Shown here in pieces: positions 23,571 to 37,385 of a stretch of 64,000 nt of DNA. The stretch lies in NCBI GenBank assembly GCA_964016885.1, contig OZ024740.1, positions 307,148,001-307,212,000 on the forward strand. The letters run 5' to 3'. A program made the position numbers and the translations under genes. Below the pieces are notes generated by a model. It did not search any database. It was not told the origin of the DNA and saw nothing but the letters and a program-made list of their open reading frames with translations. Positions within the stretch are counted from its first letter, which is position 1. Each line of letters opens with the position of its first letter. Source of the stretch: Eledone cirrhosa (lineage: Eukaryota).

Positions 23571-25817
23571 CAGTGGCGTAGCTAGGGTGTGGCAAGCAGG
23601 GCACATGCCACGGGCGGGCGCCATATTTAGGGGGGCGCAATTTCGACCTAGATCGATTTACATCCATGTCGTTTTTATCATTTTTAAAAATATAAGCAAA
23701 AAATGAAGCATGTGATTTCTTGATAGCCGACTTCCACGCCATGTCTAGTGCACTAGACAGAGCAGATGTCTGATTTGACTTCATACCCCCCCCCCTCCAC
23801 ACTGACAGCAGGGTGGGTTGCAATTATGCGGACGCTATTTTTAGCTATACATTGCAAAACAGCAGATACCTCACTTGACCTCACAAAACCGCCCCCCCCC
23901 CCCCCCACACACACTGACTGAAGGGGCGTAGTTTTGGACGTGCAACTGGTGGACACGCAGGCGCTATTTTTAGCAATGCATTGCAATGACCAATACAAGA
24001 TAATTATAATTATGAAGCTGGTTTACAAAACAGAGTAGTTTGTCTTTTACAACTGGTACATAAGACGTATAGAAAAGGTATCATAACCACATGGCCAGAT
24101 AGGATCGGATAGCTTCTATTAGGAATTCAATTTGACTCCAGTTTAGATGGTTCAATGTTTCCTTCTATAATACAGTTCGTCAGAATTTACTAAATCGTAT
24201 CCCAAAAGCAAGATACTATGGTCTGCTGATTGATTCGACCCCTGACCACGCGCACCGAGAACAACTGTCAAAAGTTGTGCGATATGTCGATGTTGATTTC
24301 AATATGAAGACGGTCGTTGTGATGGAATCTTTTCTTGGATTCATTCAAGTAATCAAAAAAGATACCGCAAGCCTTGTTGAAACAATCGTGAAAGAGCTAG
24401 AAAAAGATGACCCACCACTGCAGAACTGTCGATTGCAGTGCTACGACAATGCTGCCATAATGGCTGGGCACCGCAGTGGGGTTCAGCAGAGAATGAGAGA
24501 GAAGAATAATTTGATTCACTTCGTTAATTGCGATAACCATTCACTTAATCTCGCTGGTCTTCATGCAGCCAAAAACGATTCTGCTATTATGAACTTTTTC
24601 AGTTGCATTGACTCGTTATACAACTTTTTTCTCGTTCAACACGACGATGGGAAGCCCTTAAAGAAGTTGCTCCAGTGGTTGTTAAATATCCTTCCGACAC
24701 GCGGTGGAGTGCTAGATGTACTGCAGTCAGACCGGTGGCGAATTATTTGACGCTGATTGTTCAAGTTCTCGAAAAAATTAGTGATGATGAAACAGAGACA
24801 TGCAAGAGTAGAAGTGATGCCAGTAATCTCCATAATCGGATACTGAGTTATGAATTCCTGAACATGATTGGATTCTGGAACATGATTCCCTCATGAATTG
24901 ACCGGGTTCAAAAGAGACTTCAAGATCCAAGAATGAATTTTCACGATGCTGCAGCTGATATAGGAGCCGTTCGACTTTATTTTAAAGAAGAAGGAATATC
25001 CTTAATCCACGAGTCTCTTAAAATGGGCTTTGACCTCTGCCAGAAATGGAATGTCGATTTTCCGAGGAGGCGAGGAAGACGACAAACCAATACCGAAATT
25101 ACTGAGGACGTCGAGGTGGCTGCCAGAAAAGAGATAGAGAGAGCAATGCAAAGTTCACTCAATCGTCTTCAAACAGAAATGGAAGAACGGTTTATTCGAC
25201 TTAAGGAAACCGACTCAAGTTTTGGCTTTCTTCTTGATGTCAACTATCTGTTTTATTTGGCTGCTCCTGATAACCTTGTTCTTAAACAAAGGTGCAACAG
25301 TCTTGCGGAACTATACAACTCCGACATCGACGGAGAGCAATTGTATGAGGAAATCTTGGACTGCCGATCTTCGCTGGCTACTAGGACAGCTGACCCAATT
25401 TGAAAGCCGGAGGCACTTCTCCAATTCATCATACAGTACGGCGATGAATGTGTTATTCCCAATTTGCGAATCAGTATTCAAATAATGTTGACGATTTCTA
25501 TTTCAATTGCCAGTTACGAGAGGTCGTTCAGCAAGCTGAAGCTAATACATTCGTATTTGCGAACCTCAATGGGCCAACAACGGCTGACTGACCTCGCCCT
25601 TTTGAGTGTAGAAATCGAAGAGTTTGAACGAACTGATTTCGAGGAACTTATCAACCAGTTTGCCTTATTAAAATCCCGAAAAATCAAGTTGTAACCGTTT
25701 TTTGTTTTTTTATTATAAATTCTACCGCAATTTCGTCTTTGTGGATCTTGACTTTTTGATGGGGGGGGGGGGGTTTGATGCTTGCCCTGGGCGCCTTTTA
25801 CCCTAGCTACGCCACTG
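23571..25817 (+). mobile_element. hAT DNA transposon, internally deleted
   Basis: Perfect 18-bp TIRs cagtggcgtagctagggt (23571-23588, 25800-25817) and an 8-bp TSD atcataat (23563-23570, 25818-25825). Confidence 0.95.
24172..25694 (+). pseudogene. hAT transposase (Tip100/ZMYM1-like), frameshifted
   Basis: DSTPD..REQLS, QCYDNAAIMAG, CDNHSLNL, SDTRWSAR and the dimerisation motif ERSFSKLKLI..YLRTSMGQQRL. Confidence 0.9.
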
Positions 25818-26040
25818 ATCATAATGTTGTGGGTTCGATTCTTGAGCAAAACACTTCATTTCACGTTGCTCCAGTATACTTAGCTTAAAATGAGTACCAG
25901 CAATAGCTGGGGTTTTAACCCTGCGATGGACTGGCGTCCTGTCCAGGGGGGAGTCTTGTACTCTCAGTCTCTTCATGCCATGAAACCGGGATAAGCACTG
26001 GCCAAATGAGCCTTCTGGCTTAAGACAGACTTTAGACATT
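25818..26040 (+). mobile_element. CORE-type SINE lacking its 5' head
   Basis: gggttcgatt..cttgagcaaaacacttcatttcacgttgctccag..cctgcgatggactggcgtcctgtccagggg. A reverse copy lies at 27232-27390. Confidence 0.75.
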
Positions 26041-26042
26041 TC

Positions 26043-26253
<211 letters not shown>

Positions 26254-26439
26254 TTATTACATACATATATTATTTACACACACACATATATAAATATATA
26301 TTTTTATATATACACATATATATTATATATGTGTGTGTGTGAATGATAAAATACACATGCATGCAATACACACGTGTGTGTATGTGTGTGAGTGACAAAA
26401 TACACATGCATACAAATACATACACAGTTTACTCCAGTT

Positions 26440-26626
26440 TCAAAATTGTAACATCTGCTGCAGCAGCAGCACTGGCAGCAGGCCACAGGGAAACAATAGC
26501 AGCAACAGCAGCAGTAGCAGCATCAGTGGCAACAACAAGGACAAAAGCAGCAGCAGTTAGAAAAACAACAACAACATAAAAAACTTTAAGAGCATTAGCA
26601 ACAGCAGGAGTGGTGACAATAGCAGC

Positions 26627-26661
<35 letters not shown>

Positions 26662-26745
26662 AACAACAGCAGCAGCTGCAGCAACAATAAAAATAACAAC
26701 AACAATAATAACAACAAAAACAATTTGTTTAACAACAACAATAAT
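26440..26745. repeat. CAG/CAA-rich low-complexity tract; similar at 27865-28145
   Basis: Read directly. Confidence 0.85.
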
Positions 26746-28439
26746 AGTGATACTTCCAGCATCTTTCTTTAAGCATCAAGGACACCAATCAGGGAGCTTC
26801 TAAATGGTGACTGAATCTGCTAGAAACAACAGCCAAACAACTCAAATCACTCCCTATCTAATGTAATCTTACATACACCTAAAATGAGGGGATGGTTCTG
26901 ACTGGAACTCGTTTGATCACATGTCTGTTTGATAACAGTTGGCAACAACAACAACAACAACAACAATAAAAGCAATATTACATCAATCTTTATCACAAAC
27001 ACCCACCACTACAACTACTACTATTACTATAACAACAACAACAATAACTATGGTAATAGATCACCCCTACCACTATCACCAGTACAACAATCTTAACAGT
27101 CATGACTATCTCCACTTCTTTCAGAGTATCAACTATTACAATTATGAATAACATGAACCCTAATGGTGACCACTATCATCATTGTCAAAAATGCCCCTTC
27201 TATAGCCTTGGCTACCACCACTACCATTGTGGTCTAAAGTCTGTCTCAAGCTCGGAGACTCATCAGGCCGGTGCTTATCTTGGTTTCCATGGCATTAAGC
27301 AATTGAGAGTACAATACTCCCCTCTGGACAAGATGCCAGTCCATCGCAGGGTTGAACTCCCAGCTACTGCTGGTACTCATTGCTCCAGTATATTCTACTA
27401 CCATTAGAACATAGCAATACAATAATTTATAAACTACAATTAATACTATCACTATGGTAACCAGCCACAGATACAGATAATAACTGTTTCTACTATTGGC
27501 ACAAGGCCAGCAATTACCCAGTACATTACTGGTACTTTATTTTATCGACCCCGTAAGGATGAAAGGCAAATTTAACCTCGGCGAGATTTGAACTCAGAAT
27601 GGCAACGGCTGTAACGCAATGCGTCAAAGCATGGTGTCCGACCCTCTACCGATACTGCCAACATGAGACAATAAGGAAACCTTATTAGCTTTGACCTGCT
27701 AAAAATAGAAGCTAAATGTCCTGCAAATCACACATCACCATCTTAGAAATGAGGACATTGGACAATGTGGTTCTTGGGTCTCTATACATACGAAAAAGAC
27801 TGGATATTCACAGCTTGAATGCCTTTGATCATAAATAAGCTCTATCAGGGTACACCTATGGGTTAAACAACAGCAACAACAACAACAGCAGCAAATACAA
27901 ACATCACCACAAACATTACTATCATCACCTCCCCCACTACAAGAAGAAGAATAACAACAATATCCAATTCTGATACAAGAATAACAGAAGCTGTAGCAGT
28001 ACTGACAATATGTACACATCCACTATTGTACCAGAACAAGGGACAATAGCATCACCCCCACCACCACCACCTCAACAACAACAACAACAGCAACAACAAA
28101 AATAAAACAGCAACAGCAGTAGCAGCAACAACAACAGCAAAAGCTGTGACAAGTCCAACAGTCCCTACAATCCTAACAAGGCCACACGCACATTAGATAT
28201 AGGAATTAGAGCAGAACTGAACACTTTAAGGACCTCAATAAAATACAGTCAATGTTTTACTCTATCTTTCATGCATACAATCACTTTCACCTAATTTTGA
28301 AGACAGGTTGTATATTGAAGCATGCTATTTATATACCAATTTAAACCTATCCATCTACTTATCTACCCTTATTTAATTTCACCAATTTCACCATTTTGCC
28401 TCAAGTAGATATATATATATATACATATATATATATTTT

Positions 28440-28680
28440 TTTAAAGTAAACAGAGAACAAAAAACAGAAAAACAAAGAGGCAGTACAAATGTTATTATTA
28501 TTAGTTTCACGCTTGAGAGTGTGGGGGGGGGGGGCGTTTCGGGCATAAGCCCTTCATCAGGAGAAAAGTGGGTAGGAAGAAAGTTCCGAGGGTGTGTGGG
28601 GGAGTGATGGAAAGACATTTTTTTAAAAGGGGGGGGAGGGAGGAAAAACATTTTTTAGAGAGTAAAAAAAAAATGTTTAA
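28440..28680 (-). mobile_element. PLE-type terminal remnant with hammerhead core at 28535-28560
   Basis: Minus strand CTGATGA-agggcttatgccc-GAAAcg. Homologous to 38610-38790 (+) and flanked by (TA)n. Confidence 0.65.
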
Positions 28681-28685
28681 ATATG

Positions 28686-28718
<33 letters not shown>

Positions 28719-29154
28719 GTATATATATACATATTGATCTGGCTGGATTCAGTTTGAAGCTGGTTAGACCATTACTCACCAGAGTACTTGATATTTGGGG
28801 TAGTAGAGTATGGTTATGTTATAAAGAGTCGGGACTGCAACAGCTGAGCTTTTGCCATTTCAACAGCTAGTTCCAGCATCTGGAACTATATATATATACA
28901 TTCACAAACACACATATATATATATCTAACCTTAAAACTTCACTGCCACAGTATAAAGGCAAGAGTGATTTGCTGAATGTAATATGCCAAATTTGAAATT
29001 TCCTTTAATTGATTGAAATTAACTTTAAAAGAAATAAAAACTCTCAAGAAAATAGGATATAATTTCTACTCTGGTAGAAGCGGGGGTTTCTGCATCAATA
29101 GCTGAATAAAATAAGTTACTGAAATACCATAATTTGTCAGTGAATTAAATTTTG

Positions 29155-29188
<34 letters not shown>

Positions 29189-30289
29189 TATATATATATC
29201 ATCATCACCATCATCCTTTAATGTCCATTTTCCACACTTGCATGGGTTAGATAGGTTGCCACGTTATGAAGCAAGTTAGGTCACATGACCATGTCTTGTT
29301 AATATGGATCTGCATTTTAACTTTACAGTGTGGACTGGGTGCTTTTTGTTGTGCCACCAGCATGATTACCTTACATTGTGGACTTAGCGATTTTCGTCGT
29401 GTCACCAGCATGACCATCTTACAGAGTGGACTGGATGTGGTCATTAAAATGATGATGATGATGATGATGATAACTATTTCTGTTCTCAAATCCCATGTGA
29501 ATCTCTAATATTTGCATAGACACATGGATGAAATAATTGTTTCTACTTTAGGCACAAGGCCAGCAATTACCCAGTGCATTACTGGTACTTTATTTTATCG
29601 ACCCCGTAAGGATGAAAGGGAAAGTCAACCTCGGCGGGATTTGATCTCAGATCGTAAAGGGACGTAACTATGCTGGAAAGCATGGCGTCCGACCCTCTAC
29701 TGATACTGCCAATCCACCGCCCTTTCACCACACATGGGTGAAATAATGGCTTGGATTTAAACTCATAATTCGTGACACACATTCAAAATCTATTTATCTA
29801 TCTATCCATGCACTTTGTCATTTATCCATAGGTAGTAATGTGTTTGCAAGTATTATAAATTCAATAATTCTATGAACAAACAACAAGCCATTACCTTAAA
29901 GTAAATAATCAATGCATTAGTTAGAAATCGAGCTTACAACATTCGATTACCATGATTTTCCTGTCCCTATGGATAATCGTTTGACAGGGTTGGCTAAATC
30001 GTGAAATAGATATCAATCCATTCCATTTTATTGGTATTTGTAGTTCAGTGTTATTGACTTGTGGCTTGTTTTGCATCTAACATAGTTATCTAAATCTCCA
30101 GCTGCATGGTTGTTTATGTTCAATCTGGCTCAATAATTCTCTAAATATTAACAAGGTAGCATTTATTTTTTCTCATGATGACTCTGACTTTCTTTAGGGT
30201 GTCTGTTGTTTTGGTATAAACAAAGTATTTCTCTTAATTTCAGAGGTTGCAGTAATTGTATGCCCTTACACAATATATTGTGGCCTCTG

Positions 30290-30580
30290 TATTGAGTGTC
30301 AGGCTTACAATAATGTGAGTTCAATTCTCGGACCAGGCTTTGCGTTGTGTTCTTGAGCAAGATACTTTATTTCATGTTGCTCCAGTTCACTCAGCTGTAG
30401 AAATGAATTGCGATGTCACTTGACTTTCCCTTGGACAAGATCGGTGGAATGAAGATAGGAGACTGATATGCATGGGCGACTGCTGGTCTTCCACAAACAA
30501 CCTTGCCCAGACTTGTGCCTCGGAGGGGAACTTTCTAGGTGCAAGTCCCATGGTCATTGTAACCGAAGGGGGTCCTTCCT
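30290..30580 (+). mobile_element. CORE-type SINE
   Basis: B box gagttcaattctc and CORE gttcttgagcaagatactttatttcatgttgctccag. Another copy lies at 60795-60920 (-). Confidence 0.75.
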
Positions 30581-30919
30581 GTATTGACAAGAAGTACTTC
30601 ATCCTCACCAAGATATTAAACACTATAAAAAGAAAGCCTGATTTAATCTCTAAATGCCACAATGTAAAAAAAAAACCTAATACTACTTTGTTAAACTTAA
30701 CAGAATCATTGAGTCAGAATCAACGTAAACAGATGCACAATTAAAAGTCAATAAAGTGTCCTAGCGTATGCAGAACACTAATATATATTAATAAAACTGA
30801 TTGGAGAGGTATTCACTCAACCATTCAGCCTGTTTGAGGATTGTCCATGAATATGAATCTGTCTAGCTGAAAGCTGTAAAATAAATCTATAACTCATCAT
30901 TATATGCATTGCCTGTTTG

Positions 30920-31380
30920 AATTCCTAGCAATATATAGGCTCTCCACAACAATCTTCCAATGCATATTATCTTGTATTTTTTCTTTTCAATTGATTCCAT
31001 GTCATTTCTGTCATCCTCAATTTCTTTTCTGCCTCCATCTTCAGTGTGCTGCCTTCATTTTCTCAGCTGAATTCCAATCCAAGGCTTGCCTTGCTAAGCA
31101 TACCTCAGGTTTGTTTAATGAGTAACCTGCTTGAAAGCAAAGGCTCTGTCCAGACATGTTAGGCTGAGAATTTTCAATTATAATCTGGATCCATCTTGCT
31201 ATATGGTGCTGGTTAAATAAATGCAAATATCTTCAGGAAGCTACAAATATTCAAGAACAGATGCCTCAAACATATCCTAAACATGAAGTATCCAGAAATT
31301 GTAAACAGCAAATACCTCTGAACTAAAGCCAAGTAAAAATACCCCAGTCAACAAATAGCTAGATGTAATTGAATCTAGAA
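30920..31380. pseudogene. Old RTE-like C-terminal fragments in opposite orientations
   Basis: Minus strand gives LARQALDWN..HWKIVVESL; plus strand 31250-31320 gives FKNRCLKHILNMKYPEIVNS. Confidence 0.55.
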
Positions 31381-31424
<44 letters not shown>

Positions 31425-31828
31425 AACAGTTTGTAAGGAAAATAAAACAAGAGACCACTAAAAAACGCAAAAAAATATTAGTTTAATGCTTGATATAGTA
31501 GAAAGTGTGTCTTAACATTTCAGACATTAGTCCTCCATTAGAAGATAGCATGAGAGAGAGAAGAGAGGATGTTTGGGAGAGTGAAGAAATACAAAGATAA
31601 ATGAGGGTCAGAAAAGAAAAATAATAGGAAAAAAAGAAGTTGCCATTGGCCGACAACTTCTTTTTCCATCTTTAAGGGCCTTTACTCTATTTTATAAGCT
31701 ATTTTATAGCATCTCAATACATGAGGACACCAAACTTTATATTATTTTATCCCTTCAGCACTTTGTAAAAGTTTGAGAGATCAGCTATGTATACACAATG
31801 TTTGTATATATATATAATCATATATATA

Positions 31829-31927
<99 letters not shown>

Positions 31928-32105
31928 GAGGTAAATATCTCTCTGAGTACTAAGTACCCATAGAGATATATAGTGTGTCTATAATATAATTGGTGTTCAA
32001 TGGTACTAATACATGTGTGGGTCATTTTAACGGCCTTACTCATACTGACTGGTAGTTGGCAATATATTTGCAGACTGTGGAACTAGTTCCTACTGTATGG
32101 AAATA

Positions 32106-32185
32106 GCTATCTGATGAACTTTACTTTTCCGTTAGAATTTCTCCGAATCTCTAACCTTTTCTAAAGCGAAACTGCCGGTAATAGC
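32106..32185 (+). ncRNA. Type I hammerhead ribozyme with extended stem II
   Basis: gctat-CTGATGA-a-cttta..gttaga..tctaac..taaag-c-GAAA-ct(gcc)gg-TA-atagc. All three stems pair; predicted cut after GTA at 32180. Confidence 0.75.
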
Positions 32186-32278
32186 ATTATGAACGGGTAA
32201 ATATTTAAATCATTTTTTTATTTTTTTAAAGAATTGTTTAATGTTTGTTTGTTCTGCTCTTCTTAATTTATATATATA

Positions 32279-32625
32279 TGGAGGCACATGGCTTAGTGGT
32301 TAGATCATTGGCCTTGCAATCGAAAGGTTGTGAGTTCAATTCTCAGACCGGATGATGTGTTGTTTCCTTGAGCAAGACACTTTATTTCACATTGCTCCAG
32401 TTTACTCAGCTGTAGAAATGAGATGATAGAGACTGGGGTCCATATCATTCCACTGCAAAGTGGTCGTGGAGGTGCCACGGCAAAAAAGCACCCAGCACTC
32501 ACTGTAAATGAGGTTGGTGTTAGGAAGGGCATCCAGCTGTAGAAATCAAGCCAGCATCAGTTCCCGTCCCACCCTTGCAAGCAGGGAAAAAGCGGACGTA
32601 AATGAAATGATGATGATGAAATGAT
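32279..32625 (+). mobile_element. Full-length CORE SINE with RTE-derived tail
   Basis: A box tggcttagtggtt, B box gagttcaattctc and CORE. Bases 32451-32562 closely match the RTE 3'UTR in this window; ends in (GAT)n. Confidence 0.85.
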
Positions 32626-32959
32626 ATATATATATATATCATCATCATCATCACCGTTTAATGGCAATTTTTCCACGGTTACATTGTGTTAGGTGGGTTG
32701 TCTCGTTTGAGGCAATTTGGGTCAGGTGACCGTGTTTTGTTTACACACAACTGTTTATAGCTTAGTTTCTATGGCTGGATGCCCTTCCTACCTCCAATAT
32801 ATATATGTTTACCTCTTTTCAAACATATATCTGTGTATGGTGTATGTGTTTCAGTGTAAATTTCACAGTCACTTCATCATAAAATCCTTACTGAAGAAAG
32901 GTGATAAATGTGTGTAGAACTATTATCATATTTGCACTGAGTTTAACATTGCATTGAGT

Positions 32960-33328
32960 TATAGCCCTTTATGCTCTGAGTTCAAATCCTGCCAGGGTTA
33001 GCTTTGCCTTTTATCCTTACAGGGTCAATAAAATAAAGTACCAGTAATGCACTTGCATCGATTTTATTGACATTCTCCACCCAACAAAATTGTTGGCCTT
33101 GTGCCTAAATTAGAAATCATTATTTCGGAATAATAGGGCGGTGAATTGGCAGTATCGGTAGAGGGTTGGACGCCATGCTTTCTAGCATAGTTACGTCCCT
33201 TTACAGTCTGAGTTCAAATCCCGCCGAAGTTAACTTTGCCTTTCATCCTTTGGTCGATAAAATAAAGAACCAGTAATGTACTGGGTAATTGCTGGCCTTG
33301 TGCCTAAATTAGAAATCATTATTTCGGA
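32960..33328 (+). mobile_element. Two tandem family A SINEs
   Basis: Partial copy 32960-33130 and complete copy 33137-33328, both ending gccttgtgcctaaattagaaatcattatttcggaata. Confidence 0.8.
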
Positions 33329-33599
33329 ATACTCAAATAACCTTTTTCGTCATCACTGCCACTACCACCAGAACCACGATACCACTACCCCCCCCCCCTC
33401 TCACCAAGGACCATCTGAAATACCAACCACAATCCAGCAAAGAGAACCATGAATATAAGAAAATAAGAGCAGCAACAATCACAATAACAAAAATAAGCTT
33501 GACCAGTGCTCCCTATATTATATAACAACATATATCATGTTTAGCCATCAACCTAGCCAGATCCCTTGTAAACTGTTACTATCATCACTGCCAATTACA

Positions 33600-34430
33600 T
33601 CATCATGAATAACATCATCATCACCACAACCACCACCACCCCTATCACTCCTCCACCACAATCAACCCTACCATCACCACCATCACCACCACCACATCAC
33701 CACCATCACCATCACCATCACCACCACCACCACCACCACCACTACCATCACCACCATCACCACCACCGCCACTATCACTATGACCATCACCAATACCGCT
33801 ACCACCACCAGCACATCACCACCACCACATCATCACCACCACCACCACCACCACCACCACCACCACCACCACCACCACCACCACCACCACCACCACCACC
33901 ATCGCCACCACCACCACCACCACCACTAACACTATGACCATCACCAATACCGCTACCACCACCACCACATCACCACCACCACCACCACCACCACCACCAC
34001 CACCACCATCACCGCCACCGCCACTATTACTATGACCCTCACCAATACCGCCACCGCCACTATCACTATGACCACCACCACCACCACCACCACCACCACC
34101 ACCACCACCACCACCACCATCACCGCCACCGCCACTATCACTATGACCCTCACCAATACCGCCACCGCCACTATCACTATGACCACCACCACCACCACCA
34201 CCACCACCACCACCACCACCACCACCATCGCCACCATCACCGCCACCGCCACTATCACTATGACCCTCACCAATACCGCCACCGCCACTATCACTATGAC
34301 CACCACCACCACCACCACCACCACCACCACCACCACCACCACCACCACCACCACCACCATCGCCACTATCACTATGACCATCACCAATACCGCTACCGCC
34401 ACCACATCACCACCACCACCACCGCCATCG
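33600..34430. repeat. CAC-rich compound repeat with ~110-130-bp higher-order unit
   Basis: actatgaccctcaccaataccgccaccgccactatcactatgacc(acc)n is repeated three times. Confidence 0.9.
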
Positions 34431-34577
34431 TGACAATCCACAAACAACAAAACAGGCCTAAGAAAGGGCCCACCTTCACATGTTAAAGTGCAACAGTAAT
34501 GGTGATTTACCATAAGTACAATGTTGTGAACTAACATATGGACTTGAAGAGAGGGCGAGAGGAATCCTTAAAGAGAG

Positions 34578-34637
<60 letters not shown>

Positions 34638-34861
34638 AGAGAAAAGGTTTGGGGATAGAGTGAGAGGAGTGGTTGTGGAGGACATATAAGAAAGCCTACT
34701 AAAAAATTCAGGTCAAGCTATTCAATAGATAAGTTGCAGATAGTGTGGTCTTATGTAAGTATGTATGTATATATGTATCTATATGCACACACACACACAT
34801 ACACACACATGCATTGGTTCATATATATATATATATAAATTATATATATATATATATATAA

Positions 34862-34931
<70 letters not shown>

Positions 34932-34944
34932 AAAAGGCAAATAG

Positions 34945-35404
34945 AAATGACAAAGCAAATGACTCTGTACAGTGAAGAAATTTATTATTAATTTTATGCT
35001 TGATACAGTGGGAAAAAAGTCTTAATGTTTCGGACGCTATTCCTTCGTCAGAAGATAGAATTAGAAATCAAAGAAGAAATAGAAAGATTGAAGAGACGGG
35101 CTGGGCGGAAATAGAAGAAAAACTTTTGAGAAAAATAACATGTCCATTCATGTTGCCATCTCTTGGAAAACTGCTAATGTTGGCGTTTTTGTGTACGATA
35201 TACTTCTTTGAAAAGGTGGTGAAGGAGCACGTCTATCTGAAAGGGAAAAAAACCATTTGTATATAGAGCTGTGCGCGTGCGTATACCTGTGTGTTTTTAT
35301 ACATCTGTACGAAGCTAAGAGGATATGTATATGCGTATGTAACTAAAAGAATGTGTGTGTAAGTTTGTAAGTACGAAGCTGTGAGCAAATGTATGTGTAT
35401 ATAA

Positions 35405-35435
<31 letters not shown>

Positions 35436-36070
35436 TGTGTGTGTGTATGTGTGTGTGTCCAGAACTGTGAAGGTAAATATATAGGTGTATGTGAGGTTTT
35501 GTTGGTCTGTATAAGCTGTAAGAATGTATGTTTCTGACCATAACAGAACCATAAGAACCTAGGGGGTGAATGTCCGCGCGTGTGTGTGACAATACACGGG
35601 ATAAAGGGTAGAGAGGTAAGCATGAGCGTATGTGTACAAGATTAAAGAAATTGGGAAGGGCGTTGAGTCTATAGGGTAAACTGGAACCAAGGCGGAGAAT
35701 CAGATTCTGCTCAGTCATGGTGCGCGAGGCTAGTGATCCGCGATGTAAAAGGACACCAAGGACTGATACATATAGGGAAGAGTGATCTGGGGAACGGAAA
35801 GGGCAAGCGAAGGGAGTATCCATACCGAGTCATATGTCCATCAAATGTTCATCAAAACGGTCCGCCAAGCGGCGTCCTGTTTGTCCGATGTATAAGGAAT
35901 CGCAAAGGGAACATCGGAGGGCATAGACCACGTGGGTGGAGGTGCAGGTTTAGGAGTGGCGGATACGGAATGAACCATTGGTGTTTATGAGAGTGGTGAG
36001 GTTAGAAATGAAGGAGTAGCTGTTACAGTGGAGACGAGAACAGAGATGAGAGCCGGGTGGAGTCCTAGGA
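34945..36070 (-). mobile_element. Penelope-like (Neptune-type) element 3' part
   Basis: GIY-YIG pseudogene followed by a UTR and an HHR core at 35020-35055 (tctt-CTGACGA-agga..tcc-GAAAcaTT-aaga). A related decayed terminus lies at 31480-31560. Confidence 0.8.
35640..36069 (-). pseudogene. GIY-YIG endonuclease with in-frame stops
   Basis: PGSHLCSRLHC..*TCTSTHVVYALRCSLCDSLYIGQTGRRLADRFDEH..*..EQNLILRLGSSLPYRLN. Confidence 0.85.
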
Positions 36071-36083
36071 GAGAAAGAGAAGG

Positions 36084-36205
<122 letters not shown>

Positions 36206-36276
36206 CTTATCCCGGGTTCAATCGAGGGTAAGGACAGTAAGTAAGGTGCTCAATACATAGCAAAATATAAATATTT

Positions 36277-36395
36277 AATATAGAAATGGCTTCTACGGGA
36301 CTAGAACGGTTTCTTTCAGAGGAAATCATCAGGAAAGCCCTGATGATTTCCTCCGAATTAAACAGTTCTAGTCCTGTAGAAGCCATTTCTATATT
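36277..36395. repeat. ~120-bp imperfect palindrome with CTGATGA at its centre on both strands
   Basis: atatagaaatggcttctac..gaggaaatcatcagg-aaagc-cctgatgatttcctc..gtagaagccatttctatat. Confidence 0.8.
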
Positions 36396-36504
36396 ATATA
36401 TATATATATACATCAACAACACACTTTACATCCACACATGCATCGTAATATGAACCCCCGACTTCACAAGACCACCCACTACACGGCTGCACCCAACACC
36501 AAAC

Positions 36505-36912
36505 ATTGATTTGGCAATCAATGTTTATCATTGATTGACCAGCGATTAAAAATACAGATATATATATATATGGTCTATCAAAGTTCTTTTGTTGCACATC
36601 TGCATCATCAGTGGGAGTAATATGTTTCCTCCTATTGTATTGTATGTCTACACCCTTTTTATTTTAATTTATAGACTATATGTGTATATATTTATATCTG
36701 TATTTTTAACCGTTGGTCAATCAATGATAAACATTGATTGCTAAATAAATTAACTATGGAGATATAAATGATACAGAAGCGACAACCAACCAAACAGTGA
36801 GTGTGTTCTGTTATTATTTCTGGCAATATTATTACAATATGACCCTCCCCAAGTATAACAATATTTGTTTCGACACACGATTTCATATAAAAAACCTTGC
36901 AAAACAAATTCA
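36505..36912. mobile_element. PLE terminal remnant with internal inversion
   Basis: Homologous to 22930-23199 and 21990-22220; arms 36509-36563 and 36693-36746. Confidence 0.75.
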
Positions 36913-36941
36913 TATATATATATATATATATATACACAAAC

Positions 36942-37081
<140 letters not shown>

Positions 37082-37193
37082 CTATCTATATATATGTATA
37101 TATACACCACCTTCACCACTAATTGATTTGACAGATGTCTTTAACCTATTGATACCAAATATTATTTGGTCAGTAGTTCGTGTGTAAGTATAA

Positions 37194-37247
<54 letters not shown>

Positions 37248-37385
37248 TTGCATGTTCCATTGATCTGTGTCCCCCCACCATTTGGTCTGTTTACCCGTTT
37301 TTTCTCTTTCTTCCTCATTACTTTTCCCCTTTTTCTTATATTTTCTTTTCTTTCCCCATCGATAAAAGGCCTTGGGCGCGCCGCT

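Noticed and set aside
28780-28879. Minus-strand exon candidate between ttccAG and GTGAGT, including a possible Sec TGA
   Set aside because: All three frames contain stops, it matches no selenoprotein motif I recognise, and no SECIS is evident. It could at most be a UTR exon.
33137-33230. tRNA gene
   Set aside because: The A and B boxes belong to a SINE head; there is no cloverleaf.
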